Below are positions 1-13,719 of a DNA stretch of 64,000 bases, in pieces. The notes under the pieces are model-generated. The model ran no database searches, was not told where the DNA came from, and saw only the letters and a list, made by a program, of their open reading frames with translations. Source of the stretch: Sphagnum compactum (Eukaryota); assembly GCA_965153455.1 (NCBI GenBank), contig OZ234494.1:5022001-5086000 (forward strand), given 5' to 3'. The stretch's first letter is position 1, and every line of letters begins with the position of its first letter. Both the position numbers and the translations under genes were made by a program.

Positions 1-710
1 GAAGAAGAAGAGGAGGTTCAAGCTTCTTTTTTTCAGAAACCCAAAACTTTCTGCTGATGGATGCTAGAGACAGAACAAATCTTCACTCCTACGAAAACAA
101 ATGAAAGCTGCTAATTCTACTGTATCTGATGATAATGATGACGATGATGATGATTCTAAGCTTGTTTCAAACTACTTCACTCTTGATTGCAGACTTAATT
201 TGTTTGATCTTCTGAATGCAAATGAATCCCATCTGAGTCCAACAAACAGTAGGAAACGAGATCCAGGAGCTGGATGCAAATGTGTATTGTGTGTGTGTGG
301 GTGTGTGTGTGTGTGTGTCTCTCTCTCTCTCTCTCTCTTTGTCTCTGTGCCAACAAGCATGTAATTGATGATCCTTGGACCTCTTCTTCTTCACCTTAAG
401 ACTAGTGATCTGGTTTTTCCTTCTCTCTCCTAACTGAATGCTGTAGTAGGCTGTGCAGCATCATCATCACTCCACGAGCAAGGAAGAATTAGCTCCTGGA
501 GATCAATGATAGATTTCTACTCTGTCTATGATTCTATTTATTCATTGCTTACTCAGTGAATTTGATCTAGTATGATGATTCTATGATCCTAAAGCTCAGC
601 TCTAATACAATATAGATCTATGTGAATTGCTTGCTCAGTGATTCAATTGATGGGTTGAAGTGGAGAGAAAGCTAGTCTACCTGATATGATGAGTACCACA
701 TGTATCCTGT

Positions 711-746
<36 letters not shown>

Positions 747-1070
747 CCTCTCTCCTCCCTCCTAATTCCCAACTCAAAAGCCTTCCTTCACATTTACTCA
801 AGGCATGTATCATGGGTAGGAGTTAACTAACTTCACAAAAGATCACATACCTACCAGGCTTCATTAACCTCTCTACTTCTTCTTCTTCTTCTTCTGTACA
901 TCATGCATGAGCAAGAACATGGATGGAATGGAATGAATTCTAAGGACTAGGTAACCGGTCGAGAGTTCATCAATCACCTTATTTGGGACAAGCAATTGCC
1001 TCGAGGCGGTTACTAGACATAACCTACCTTTCTTTCAAATGTTCTAGAGCAACAACATACCCCTCCTCTC

Positions 1071-1490
1071 AATGGATGAAAAGTCATGTAACCCTCGGAA
1101 CATAACACTGGGTGAAAAGCTATGGAACCCTCGTAACATAACAATGGATGAAAAGTTATGTAACCCTCCTAACATAACAATGGATGAAAATTCATGTAAC
1201 CTTCAAAGCATAACAATGGATGAAAAGCTATGTAACCCTCGTAACATAACAATGGATGAAAAGCTATGTAACCCTCCTAACATAACAATGGATGAAAAGT
1301 CATGTAACCCCTTGGAACATAACAATGGATGAAAAGCTACGTAACCCTCGAAACATAACAATGGATGAAAGCTATGTAACCCTCCTAACATAACAATGGA
1401 TGAAAAGCTATGTAACCCTCCTAACATAACAATGGATGAAAAGCTATGTAACCCTCCTAACATAACAATGGATGAAAAGTCATGGTGACC
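1071..1490. repeat. 36-bp minisatellite, ~11-12 copies (AATGGATGAAAAGCTATGTAACCCTCCTAACATAAC)
   Basis: Direct tandem units are visible. The unit length is a multiple of 3, which explains the repetitive ORFs at 1072-1332 and 1203-1463. Degenerate copies continue to ~1620. Confidence 0.95.
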
Positions 1491-2607
1491 TTGTTGTTGG
1501 TGGATGAAATTTTATCATATCAATGGATGAATAAAATGGCATGCAACCATCCTTACATGACCCTTTTGTTGATGGATGAGAAGTTGTGTAACCCTCATCT
1601 CATCTCAATGGATGAAAACTCATCATATCCTACGTTCCTATCTAGATGATGATGCATGCATAGGAAACAAAGAAATTGGGAAACTTTTTGTTTTTAAAGT
1701 GTAAACAACAATTCATTCATGTGTTTCTAATGTCTTTGGAAAGCTATGAGGTTTAGGGTTTTAAACCCTTCCAATGACCCCAATAAAAGCCACCAATAAA
1801 AGAAAATTTGATTCAAAATATATTACTTAAAGAGAGAATGCATCCTTCCAAAAATCTTTCATAATGTTTTTCATGAAATTTTCCAATCTACATTTGGTTC
1901 ACCCTATTGGAATATGGATGGACATGGGATGAAAAAAAGGATACTATGTTCCCAAAAATTCTATTCAACTTCCTTCTTTAGAGTACACAACCATGCAATC
2001 CTTGGCTCATCATGCATGTCTTTGAATTCTTGTAGTGCCTTTTCAGGTTTGGCACTTGGGTGCCAAATAATTATTTTACTTTTCAAAATCTTCTTCGGTA
2101 ATATATATATATATATAGGAATTTTGGCAATAAATAAATATGGCCAAATTTATTTTTAAAAAAATTTTACATATATAATCATCACAATCACAAAAACTTG
2201 ACTCCACATCAAATTTTGGAATGTCCAAATCATCATGCAAGTAAGGTGCACAATAATTCAAAACACATTTCATCACATGGTTGTCATCATCATCTTCATC
2301 ATCATAAGTATTATTATTATTATTGTGTTATAACACACTAATTAAATACTATTCTTTGACAAATCATTTTTTTTATGGGCTTTTTTTTACTAGGAATGTA
2401 TAGAATGGTTGTGGAATTCCTAATTTTAAATTTTCTTTTTTGTTGCCAAGTTGTGAAAAAAATCATCACCAAAAAATCCACCCCAAAAATAAATAAATAA
2501 ATGAATAAATAAACACCCATTGCTCACAACAATAGTCTAAAAATATTTGTTATCAAATTCTAGAAGGATAACATCAAAAGGAGTAGATTGGGTATTGATT
2601 TTTTTTT

Positions 2608-2640
<33 letters not shown>

Positions 2641-3312
2641 ATACATATATATATAGTGACTAATTAGAGAGAACTTGTCAACATTGCCTTATATAATGAT
2701 TTAAGCCAACAACATGATGGTTCTACATTGAAATCATGCTAGCCTACTAGACTTGCTATTGTCATGATGCCAATTTCTTGTGTTCTTTCTTGTACACCTA
2801 ATGAATAATGATGTTGCTTACTTGCTTAAAGAAATATGATAAACATCAAATGGGTAGTACTACTGAAAGAGGGTGGGAATTTCATGCCTATAGGGTACAC
2901 TCTTAATGAGCATGACTCTCATGTTTAACTACAATTGACAAAAGAAGATAAATAAATTTTTTTTGTTATTTAAAAAAAAAAGCAATTTTACCCATTTTAC
3001 CATAATGGAAAATCTGCTTCCTTTATTTTTTTAATATATTTTTTCCTAATCCAAATTTTTTTAATTACAAAAGACCTAAAATATATATTCAATTACAATA
3101 TAAGTTGTTGGGTAGAAGTTAACAATGTGTTAGTAATAAATAAGTATATTGTTATTGGCTTTTTGTGTGGAGAGATCATCATAGGAGGAGAGTAAGATGG
3201 ACAGAAAAAGGCAAATAGGTAGGGGAGGAGACAAGCAAGGAGGGTTGGGCAGGGGGGAAGGAATTAAGCCTGGCAAAATGCCTAAGGCACACATGGCAAA
3301 CAACAAATTTCT

Positions 3313-3344
<32 letters not shown>

Positions 3345-3475
3345 GCCTTTTTTTTTTAGGGGCACAAATGAAAGAATCCATGGCAAAGAAAATAAGAAAA
3401 TAATAAATGTTTCTTAACCTGTCAAGTCTCATAAACATTTGCAAAGAAAATATTTTAAAATTTTAGTGTTAGTGG

Positions 3476-3570
3476 ACACTACATTATTTGACCTAATCTT
3501 TCCTTCACTACATTATTCGACCTAATCTTTCCTTCACTACATTATTCAACCTAATCTTTCCCACTACATA
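3476..3570. repeat. ~29-bp tandem repeat x3 (CACTACATTATTYGACCTAATCTTTCCTT)
   Basis: Three near-identical adjacent units. Confidence 0.9.
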
Positions 3571-4025
3571 CCAGGTCATTGTTTTGCTCACCTTGTATTT
3601 TACAATGGGTAAAAGAGCCCATGGGTGAGAGACATTCCCAAAATGCAAGGCTAAACTTGGCTATGGCCACCTTGTCATAGGCCCTTAATTTTGGCTATAT
3701 TACATAATAGGGTATTATTAGCAAAAAGGCTCATGCTTTCCTTCTCAAACAAAATTGCATCCATTAAAATTCTACCAGACATGGATGGATTCTGTCAAAC
3801 AAGAAGTGTAACTATGATCTCATAACTTATTAAGAAGTACCCATTATAACCAAATAGTGAATAAGGCCAATAAATCAAACTGCTTACCTTACTACAAAGA
3901 CTTGATAAGAGAATTAAATGAGGATAATCAAATAAGGTAATTAAACTTTAACCCTAAATAATTAAGCCTAGATCATATGAACATGTTGAAATTACACCAT
4001 AATCAAGCCATGGATTAAGTGTAAG

Positions 4026-4138
4026 GTAATGCCCAAGGGGTGAGGGCATTATTGGAGATAAGGGCTCACGCAATGCAAAGAGTCGAGCGGGCTAGCCTCA
4101 TTATGACTATGGTAATGCCCTCGCCCAAGGGCTTTAGC
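4026..4138. mobile_element. Small (~113 bp) MITE-like element with ~27-bp imperfect terminal inverted repeats
   Basis: Left end GGTAATGCCCAAGGGGTGAGGGCATTAT; reverse complement of right end GCTAAAGCCCTTGGGCGAGGGCATTAC. Related partial copies at ~26955 and ~59415. Confidence 0.55.
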
Positions 4139-5084
4139 TTCCATTAAAGTGGAGCTCCATTTTTTCCTTTCCATGTGCAACAAGAAAAGTGTGCAAGCAC
4201 AAAACTTGACATACTATAGCAAATTGACTTACAAATAGTGAGAACTTCACAAAACACATAAAGCCCACCCTCAAGAATAATGTGCCCTTTGAATACATTA
4301 AAGAAAATATACGAGGTCTTCTTCCCGGATGTAGAGATTTGTAGTTTTGGATGGATGTCAATACCCTATGCCCATAATTATAGTTAGTGGGTTGTCCTTA
4401 AATCGATTCACTACTTAAGCAATGGGCATCTAAAACCATCTCCAATTGTTTGAATAAATAAAAAGAAGAAAAACTTGGACTTTATTTCAAACAAGCTAAT
4501 GGAGACCTTTTCTTTTTTCTGCGGCCCACAAATGTTCTACCAAATCATTTTGTAAATTAAAATGTGTTTTAAAGTTTTCATGTTTTTTGGTGCCCTCCAT
4601 GCATGTCTAAAAAATCAATCCTCTTGTAAACTATCCTACATTTCCTAGATTAAACAATGGTTCAAAATTGTTTATCCATATTGTCCTGAACTACCATGTT
4701 GTGCAAAATCACACATGAAATTATAATTTTGTAAATTGTATCCACTAAATTTATACTTAAATTTAAATCATTTTTTGAACTATTATTTTAAAAATTAATA
4801 GGTAATAAGTAGGTAGGTAGTAAATAGGTCTAGGTAAGTCAGAAAAAAACATTTATGTAGATAAGTGTTAAGCTAACTTCATCTAACTTCACCGAGCTAT
4901 TTTAATTTAACCTATCTACTTTAGTTTTTTAAGCATGCACATAGATTGCAAATATAAAAAATTGAACCTCAAAACCTTCACAATGATAAACCATTCTTTT
5001 ATCAATGGACTACACCATCAAAAGTAATCAACTTTTATCAAGTCTTTTATTTCAAACGTGTATTTTCACATCATTAAACACGAC

Positions 5085-6135
5085 GATCAAACTTAGGTGA
5101 CAACTAACGATTAAAATTATGTTAAACATAATAGTTAAATCAAGCGACTAAACTTAATGCTTACACTTAATGGTTAATGTAATGATCAAATATAATAACT
5201 AAACCTGGTCTAAACTTAGTGATTAAATTTAGTTGATAAACCTAATGTTTAAACCATGGTTAAACTTTGACTAAATTTAGTGTTTAAATCTAATGATTAA
5301 ATCTTGGTTAAACTTATTTGATAAACCTAATGGATAAACTTTCGCTAAACATAATGGTTAAATGTAATGACTAAACATTGGCTGAACATAATGTTTAAAC
5401 ATAGTTGTTAAATCTAATAACTAAACAAAATGACTAAATTTTGGTTAATCCTAATGATTAAATCTAATAGCTAAACATAATGATTAGACCTTTAGTTAAA
5501 CATGGTGGTTAAACCTAAAGGTTAAATTTAATGGTTAAACATAATGATTGAACCCTAGTTAAATATAATGGCCAAACTTAAGTTAAACTTAATTGTTAAA
5601 TTTAATGACTAAACCTTGGCTAAATATAATAACTAAATTTAATGGTTAAATCTAATGACCAAACTTTGATTAAACATACTGGCCAAACTTAAATTAAACT
5701 TAATATTTAAATTTAGTGATTAAACATTTGTTAAACATAATGGTTAAAACTAGGCTAAACTTAATGACTAAATTTAGTGATTAAACATAATGATTTACTT
5801 TAATTAAACATAACGATTAAATTGATAAACCTTGTGGTTAAATTTAGTGGTTAAATTTAGATTAAACTTGGGCTAAATTTAGTGACTAAACATAATGGTT
5901 AAATCTAGTAGTTAAATCTAATGGTTATACTTAATGGTTAAACTTAAACTATATTTGGTGTCCAAATATAATGGTTCAACTTAAGTTAAACTTAGTGCCA
6001 AATCTAGTGATTAAACATAGTGGCTAAACTTAATGGCTAGAATTTTGTTAAATTTTGGGTAAACGTAATGGCTAAATATAGTGGTTAAACCTAGTGATTA
6101 TATTTAATGATTACATCTAGTGGCTAAACATGGTT
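5085..6135. repeat. Degenerate AT-rich short-period tandem array (~10-13 bp, TAAACHTAATGGT-like)
   Basis: TAAA(C/T) recurs every ~10-13 nt over about 1 kb. Confidence 0.85.
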
Positions 6136-6934
6136 AATAAGTGGGTGGGTAGGGAGATAGGTAATATGTAGGTAGGTGGGTAGGTAAATATTAACCACAC
6201 TCAAAAAACATTCATAATTTTTAAATGTGGAATTCTAAAACTTTAAAAATCTAAAGAATGTTTCAAAATTGTTTTTGAATTTCAAAACTTCAAAAGTCTT
6301 TTTATCGTTTGCTATTATTGGTTAGGTGAAAGCACATTAAGGTGTAATACTTTTAGGCACGTGTGGAAGTCCATAATTGTTTAATTAACATTGTATAGGC
6401 ATGATACCTTGAATCACACAAGTCATTCTATAAATTATCATTAAATTTTATCATTAAAAAAAAACAATAGTTTACCTTATGGAAAACTTAAATGTGAAAT
6501 ATGAGCTTTTAAATTATTATTTTCATTGAATAAAAACTTGATAAAAAACCATAATTCAAAGTACATAAAAAATTTTGATCATCGAAATCCTTCCAAAAAG
6601 TCTTCCTTGGTATTAATGTTATCACATCATATTACCATTGAATCCTCTATTCACTGAAAAATGTTATGTATGAAAGTGCATGGAGTCCATATTCATTGAT
6701 TATGGATTGTTACAAATTTTTAGGTACTCTTTTGAAAGTCCATTATGTTATGGCTATTTAAAAATGATCTATGAAATTCATACAATGTGATTATATTATA
6801 TATAACATTGTAATGTTGAAGTTTTTTTTCATTTTATTCAATTATCTTTAATCACATGGCCAATTAAAAATCCCAAAATCTTACAAAACCTACCTTTGAC
6901 AACATTTTATGGACATTGTAATGTGATTTAACTT

Positions 6935-7510
6935 AGCTATTATAGGTTATTTTACCTTAAGTTGTTTTTAATTATTCTATCGTAGGCTATTTTTAGCTAT
7001 TTATCGTAGGTTATTTTGGCTATTCTCTTGTAGTTAATTACTATAAGCTATTCATCATATGTTTTTTTTTGTTATTATTGGTTATTTTATCATAGGATAT
7101 TATTGGTTATTTTATTATATCTTGTTATTAATTATTATATTATAAGTTATTATTCATTATTTTATGTTATTCTTAGCTATTTAAAATTATTTTATTACAG
7201 GCCATTATTAGTTATTATTGGTTATTTTAAATTATTTTACCTTAGGTTATTATTGCTTATTTTATCATTGGTTATTATTGGTTATTTTAGTTTATTATAC
7301 CACAAATTATTCTTGGTTATTTTAAAATATTTTATCACAAATTATTTTAAATCATTATTGGTTATTTTATCATAGGTCATTTTTGGTTATTTTAGAATAT
7401 TTTATTGAAACTATTATTGTTTATTTTATATTATTCTACCTTAAGTTATTCCACCATAAATTATTATATGTAATTTTTTAATTTTGGGTTATTTTAAATT
7501 ATTATACCTT
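6935..7510. repeat. Degenerate low-complexity array (GGTTATTTTATCATA-like)
   Basis: Recurrent (G)GTTATT motif; the reverse-complement motif AAATAACC dominates 7550-7660 and 8290-8480. Confidence 0.75.
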
Positions 7511-10500
7511 TCAATAAATTAAATTAAATAACATATAATAGACTGATTTTAAATAGCCTGAGGTATAACTTGAAATATCATATAATAATTTAAAGGAAAA
7601 TAACCTAAGGTTAATTCAATATTTTGGTTTTAAATAACATAAAATACACTAAAAGCCCTATAATAAATTAGGATGTAAAAGTAGATGCAAATTAAGGTGT
7701 CTTAAAAACAACAAGAATTCCAATCCCAAAAGTTCATATTTGTTTAAAAACCAATGTTGAATGGGCCTTATGTGGTGATTAATCAATTAATAAATTCCAT
7801 AGGAAAGGATGCCCATCTAGATAATTCTTTGACATACATGTTAGGAGGAAAAAATATCAATTCAATAAAAAATGACTAAGATAAGGACTTTTAAAAATAA
7901 GGTCCAAATTTCGTCATTCAAAAATCCATTTGTTGGTTAAAGTTTTTGTTATATATTTTTTCAATCCATACTTTTTTCCTCATCATGTATCATATATTGA
8001 TTGCCTATAAAAAAATTTAAATGAAATTGTAATAAAAAATGCATTTGATTATTAATGCATAACTTAGAATATATATGTCCACTTTTTAAATCCATTACTA
8101 TATGATTGGTGTATGTTTATTGAATTTCACCCTTCAATAAATATTCTTATTCAAGTTGACAATCTTAATCCAAAAATTATTTTGTCAAATTGATGATTTT
8201 ACAATGCATTTATGTCATTTGAATAGAGTACACTCTGTAGAAAGTCCATAAAGACGCAAAAAGTGAGACATCGTAGCTTACAACTACCCATAACCTATGA
8301 TACCTTAAGGTATAATAACCTATAATAGTTTAGGGTATAACCTAGGGTGTACTAATTCATTATAACTTATAATAACTTAGGGTATAACTTAAAGTAACCT
8401 AGGTTAGCTTAAAATAACATAAGGTATAACCTAAAATAGTTTAGGGTATTTAAAAAAACAACATAAAAATAAACCTATTTAACATAGTGAATTATGTCCA
8501 CTAGTAGTTGTGAAACATGATGTTTATGGTGACCCTATAATGAAATAACTTTAGCTAAGGTGAAATCATTAAGGTGTAGTGAACCTATTTCACTTTTAAA
8601 GTACCATCGTGATTTAGGCTAATGAACTGCACCCCACTTTTGTATTAGTGAAGGTCAATGGGTTGGTTATTGTTCATTTTGAAAAATGTTTATGTTGCTA
8701 GATTTTGAATTTGAAATTTCCATGCAATGGCTTGCTTCCTCAAATTTTCCATGTGTAATTTTGAAATGCATGTTTCATCGCCACCCCCAACATCGAAGGG
8801 AACTTGTTTTCCACAATCACCATGCCATGGTTGCAAATTGTGAAAATTGCCACTACTTACACACCTTACAAAGCTAGTGAAGGACCAATGTTAATAAAGC
8901 TTGCATCTAATTCCATGTTGTTGGTAGGACTTGTATAACCCATAATGCACACAAATATTTGAAAAAATATAATAAAAAATAATTGTGCACATGATAAGCA
9001 TGACAATAGTTTATTTTTAGAGATGATGGTTAAGAGGACATAGACAAGTAAATCTACAATTCAAATTTAACTTCAAAGTTTAGAAGCAAAAGTGAGAGGC
9101 ATCAAACAACAATGCAAATATGCAACTTTGAACCAAGTAAACTTGTTTTTGAAGGTGATGCACATGAGAGGTAATAAGTGATTGTTCACTTTACACCAAA
9201 AGCACAAAGTTTCACAAAAAAAACTTCAATTGAACCTTAAATTTTAATCCAAGAATCCCAAAATCAATTGAATGTTATTTAAAATAAAAGGCATAAACAT
9301 ACATTTGTTCTAATGCAAAATTGAAAAACAATAATAAAAATATAATTGTAACTTGTAGAATGAGTGAAAAATGTGTAACGAATTCAAATTGAACAAAAGA
9401 AAATGAAATACACCTTTGTTAATGTGCCTTTCTTACACGATTGACAAACATGTACCTTCGTTGTTTAATTGTCTTTTGTATTGATGTGCACCACAATAAT
9501 AACAAACCTTGCAATCAAAACATGCTACAATAAATCACGATTTTTCAAGAGGTCAACTTGAAATGTTATAAATTTATAACTCAAGTGTCTATAGTGATTA
9601 AAGGGGATGTTCACTTTGACTAGACGCTTTGGGCGTGAAATTTTTTTTGTTACTTTTGATTAGAATGACATTTTTGACCAAATGTCAAATTGAACATTTA
9701 GTCGAAAAATACCCTAAAAAAAAGGGTCCATTGACACAATTAAAGTTTAGTCAATTTGACCATATTGAATAGTTAAGGTTTAAAGCAAATCAATCAAATT
9801 GGTTTGATATTGGGCCAAATCAACCATATTGATTTGACTAGCTACCCTACTTGTTGGGCCTAATAGTTTAGGTAGGCTATAACCTAAGATTAACAAGGTA
9901 GCTATGTTAATAGGTTAGGTTAGATAGGTAGCCTAAATTAGGCACATAAGCATAGGTAAGCAATATAGTCAATTAATTAAGCTTAGGTAACCTATTAGGC
10001 CTACATAGGTAGCATGTAACATAATTACATACCTATTTAGGCCTCCTTGGTTACTTGGGCCTATCTAATAACATATTTAGGCCTAGGTAATCTACTAGGT
10101 AGTATACTAGCTACTTTACCTACCTAGTTGGCCTAGGTTAGGTGGCTTAGTTAACCTATGTGGGGTAAGGTAGATAAATAAACAAATATATTATTATTAT
10201 TTTGGGCATTAATTATTAGTCAAATATGTAGGTGTGTAAATAAATAATCATTTTCATATTTTAAAAAAATGACATCATATTTTTTTTGTCATTGCCCAAA
10301 TATTGTTGTTTCATTTTACTAATAAAAAAAACCCAATGAAAATAATAGCCGAAAAGACTTAATCAAAATTGGGTCCAAAATGACATTTTGGTCATCAGTT
10401 AGGGGGGGGGGGGGGTGGAGGGTTGATTTTTTTGGTCAAAAAAATTGTGATTTCTTGTAGTGGCACTTTTCCATCACAGAGATCTTGCATTCAACAAAAA

Positions 10501-11189
10501 GATAAGAAGCAAAACAACATGATCATAATTTTTTTCCCCATAGCCATTGTCACAACTTGGGTTGATACCCAACAAGTATTTCAAGTCGATTGTTATACCC
10601 ACCCTTCAAAAATTATTTCCAATTTTGTGTGAGTTTTTCTTTTTAAGAGAAATTTCATTGACATCATAAAAAAAAATTGGAGGTTATTTGGGTTGGATTT
10701 GTAGTGGCATTAAATCCCTCGATTGTGGTTATAACACATTTTTTTTATTAGGCTACACCAAACATGGCATTCATGACTGGTCCTTTTCAATTGGATTAAT
10801 CATTTATGCCATTTTTATTCAATTATATGATGTGTAATTGTATGGGCTTAGTTATGAATGCCATGTTTTGGCATGATGTTCAAATTTAAGAATTTTCAAA
10901 CATTGTTCAAAAATTGGGTTTGATTCCACGTATCCACTACACATTCCCCAATGCTAAAGATTGTATGGGTACCAAGTTTTACAACAAATTAAAATATGAG
11001 TATATAAAAATACAAAGTTCAACAAACTAATTAAAATCATGTTAGGTTTGAGATCGAAGGTTTGAGATCATGTTATTGTTGTTACTACTTCAAATTATGT
11101 TGTTCTTGCTTCAAATTTTGCTAAGGTTGAGATGTATCAACTTGTAACTATACAAACACAAGCTATAGCTTGAAAACCACATAATCGAA

Positions 11190-12770
11190 CCTTAATATGT
11201 TGGGGTTTTTTTTGTTGTAAATGACAACTTACCTATGCATCTTGAGAAACCACAAATGTTGCAATGCATTATTTATAGAACAGAGCAAGTTGGTGCTCTT
11301 GATTTATGCTAATGCAATATTTATGAAAAGGCCATATCAAATATGGTAAGATTAATGGGATCACTCCCATGAGGACCCATGTTGAATTTGCACATCCAAA
11401 GTTGGTTGCTTGCAGAAAGTTGGCCATTATTAAAAAACTTCTTGTTGTTGCTGTAAGTCACAACTAATAGCCTAGGAAAATGTAATCTAGGCCATATAGG
11501 TGTGTAATCACATCATATTTTGGTGTTACAAATCTTTACAAGAAGTTTGATTTGCAAGTAAGTTAATCATGTTTAAAGAGGTACTAGAATTCAAATAGAC
11601 CATTCTTTTGTGTTATGGGCGGCAAAAGACAATTGCTTTGCAACAAAGGGTTCTTAAAGCTGAGGTTTGGGCAACTGCAGAAGCATTCGCATCTATTTTG
11701 AACAAAGTTGTCATTGCTTTTGTGATGAACCAGTCACGAGGGCATTGGCTACTATTTGTGCTCTTAATACATATATCAATTTGACACTAATTTTGGAAGC
11801 TGAAATTGGACATGCTACTTATGCTTTTGGTGCTTTGAATGCATTTGATGTTGAGTTTATAATCTTTCAGAACAACATGCAAGTAAAAGTTGTTAAGGTC
11901 ATCAAACCTTTTTTGTAATTTCTACAAATTTACGATTCATAGTAGGTGCGCAATATGTTCGCCCTTATGCTTGATCCTAGGTTCAAGTCTTTGAAGGTTG
12001 TGGAAAACTATGTGAGACGTGGGGCTTATATTCGTCTTATTATAGAGTAGGATGTTAATGCAATAATCCTTCTTTTAATGATTGTGTTTGAGGTACTAAA
12101 CCCTATTGTCTAAGCATGTGCAATAGAAGTTGTTGGATTTGTTGTTGGATTTGGTGACTCTATTGAAGAAGACTATAACATATTTAATGTGGGTGCATCT
12201 ATGGACGAGTCATCACATGCACTTATTGTTGGGGAATTGGCCTTGTTCAAAAGGTTATATGTAACCCCTATTACATGTTTTGATCCTTTAGCTCGGTGGT
12301 GGATTCATGAAACCCAATTCCCAAATGTTAGCTTCTTTGTTAAACAAATATTAGGAATTTCAGGGTCACAAATTGAAACTGAACATGTGTTCAATCTTGT
12401 TGGTGTGTTCATAGCTTTGAGATGTTGTAGGTTGTAAGTGGATAATTTAGATTAAATCATCGTTGTGGTGAAGAATTGGCTTGATGATCCCTATTTGAAT
12501 TATTCATGACATAAAAATTTGATAAACTTTTAAAAGTTGAATCTTGTTGGTGAGTGTTGACAATTTTGAGACGTTGTAGGTTGCAAGGGGATACTTTAAA
12601 CTAAATCATCACCGTGATGAATAATTGGCCTGATGATCCCTATCTAAATTGTTCATGACACAAAGATTTGATAAACTTTCTAAAAGTTGAATTTTCGTTA
12701 ATTAAAGATAATTATGATTTGATTGATGAATTAAATTATTTTGAACAATTGGAGCTAGATAAGGATAAAT
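11190..12770 (+). mobile_element. Decayed hAT-superfamily transposase (pseudogene relic)
   Basis: Fragments: a BED-finger-like N-terminal region (WGFFVVNDN...MLQCII; NGITPMRTHVEFAH); MLDPRFKSL at ~11968; hAT C-terminal dimerisation-like segment DPLARWWIHETQFPNVSFFVKQILGISGSQIETEHVFN in ORF 12189-12437. Many stops and frameshifts. Confidence 0.85.
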
Positions 12771-13719
12771 TTGGCATTGGCAAGGTGAGCTAAAAAATTA
12801 TTGTTAATTATGGGATTGCAAAACTTGAATGATAGTTTGCACTTTGCACTTCATTTTGAACTAACGATTTTGTCTTTTTATTCATGAAGAGGTTACTTGT
12901 GGAGCTCATCCACAATAGGGATGGCTTCTGTTGTGGTGTGTGTGTTTGTGGTTAGGTGGGGTGTGGCTAGGGCAAAAAACTTGTTCTGCATTGGGTAGGG
13001 TTTTTAAAAAAACCGAGGTTCAACACCCCACAAGTTGTTGATTTTTTAGATGTTTTCCAATGTTTTAGTGAGGCAGGTCTATGACTGGAAAAATTAATTC
13101 CAAAAGTTGGGAATGTATTCCTAACCTTTGTACATATTCTGTGATTATTAGTGTGAGTTTGAAAACCGAAAAATGCATATCCGTCAAATGAAAAAATAAA
13201 AATAAAAATCATATTCGACTGGTGCACTAAATTCATAAATTATTTTTTATTGTGCATATCCTTATGTTAGAATTTTAAAAAAAATAATTTCATATAGATA
13301 ACCTGAGTAATGCCCCAAATCTTCATATCCGGGCAACATTGGTTATTTCCTCATCCTCACCCATAAAACATAAAAAGCTTAAACAATGTGGAAGAGTATA
13401 GAAAGAGATTGAGTTAAATGCCATGACAAGGGTCAATCATTGTGAGTGGCCATTCAATCAAAGCGCATCATATTTCTTATATGGCCCTTTATGAGAGAGA
13501 GTTAGAGAGAGAGAGCATTATAGTATGTGCATGTATTTATGCTCAAAGTTCAAACTCAAATTTTACACTATTTATTTAAAGCCTGAGCTTCATCCAAATA
13601 ATTATTTAGAAGCCATTATAGTGCTGGTGGTGGCCCCCTTCTCTTAAGTACTCATTTGACCTAAAGGTCAATGGTGCTTGTGATTGATAAGACACTGCCA
13701 CTTTTTTGGTTGGTTGAAA

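Noticed and set aside
1-900. Possible 5' leader/intron of a gene starting left of the window; short ORFs 101-394
   Set aside because: The ORFs are products of GT/CT/GAT microsatellites. No CDS is visible, so strand and gene identity cannot be supported.
1072-1463. Repetitive ORFs (MDEKLCNP...)
   Set aside because: Artefact of a 36-bp tandem repeat.
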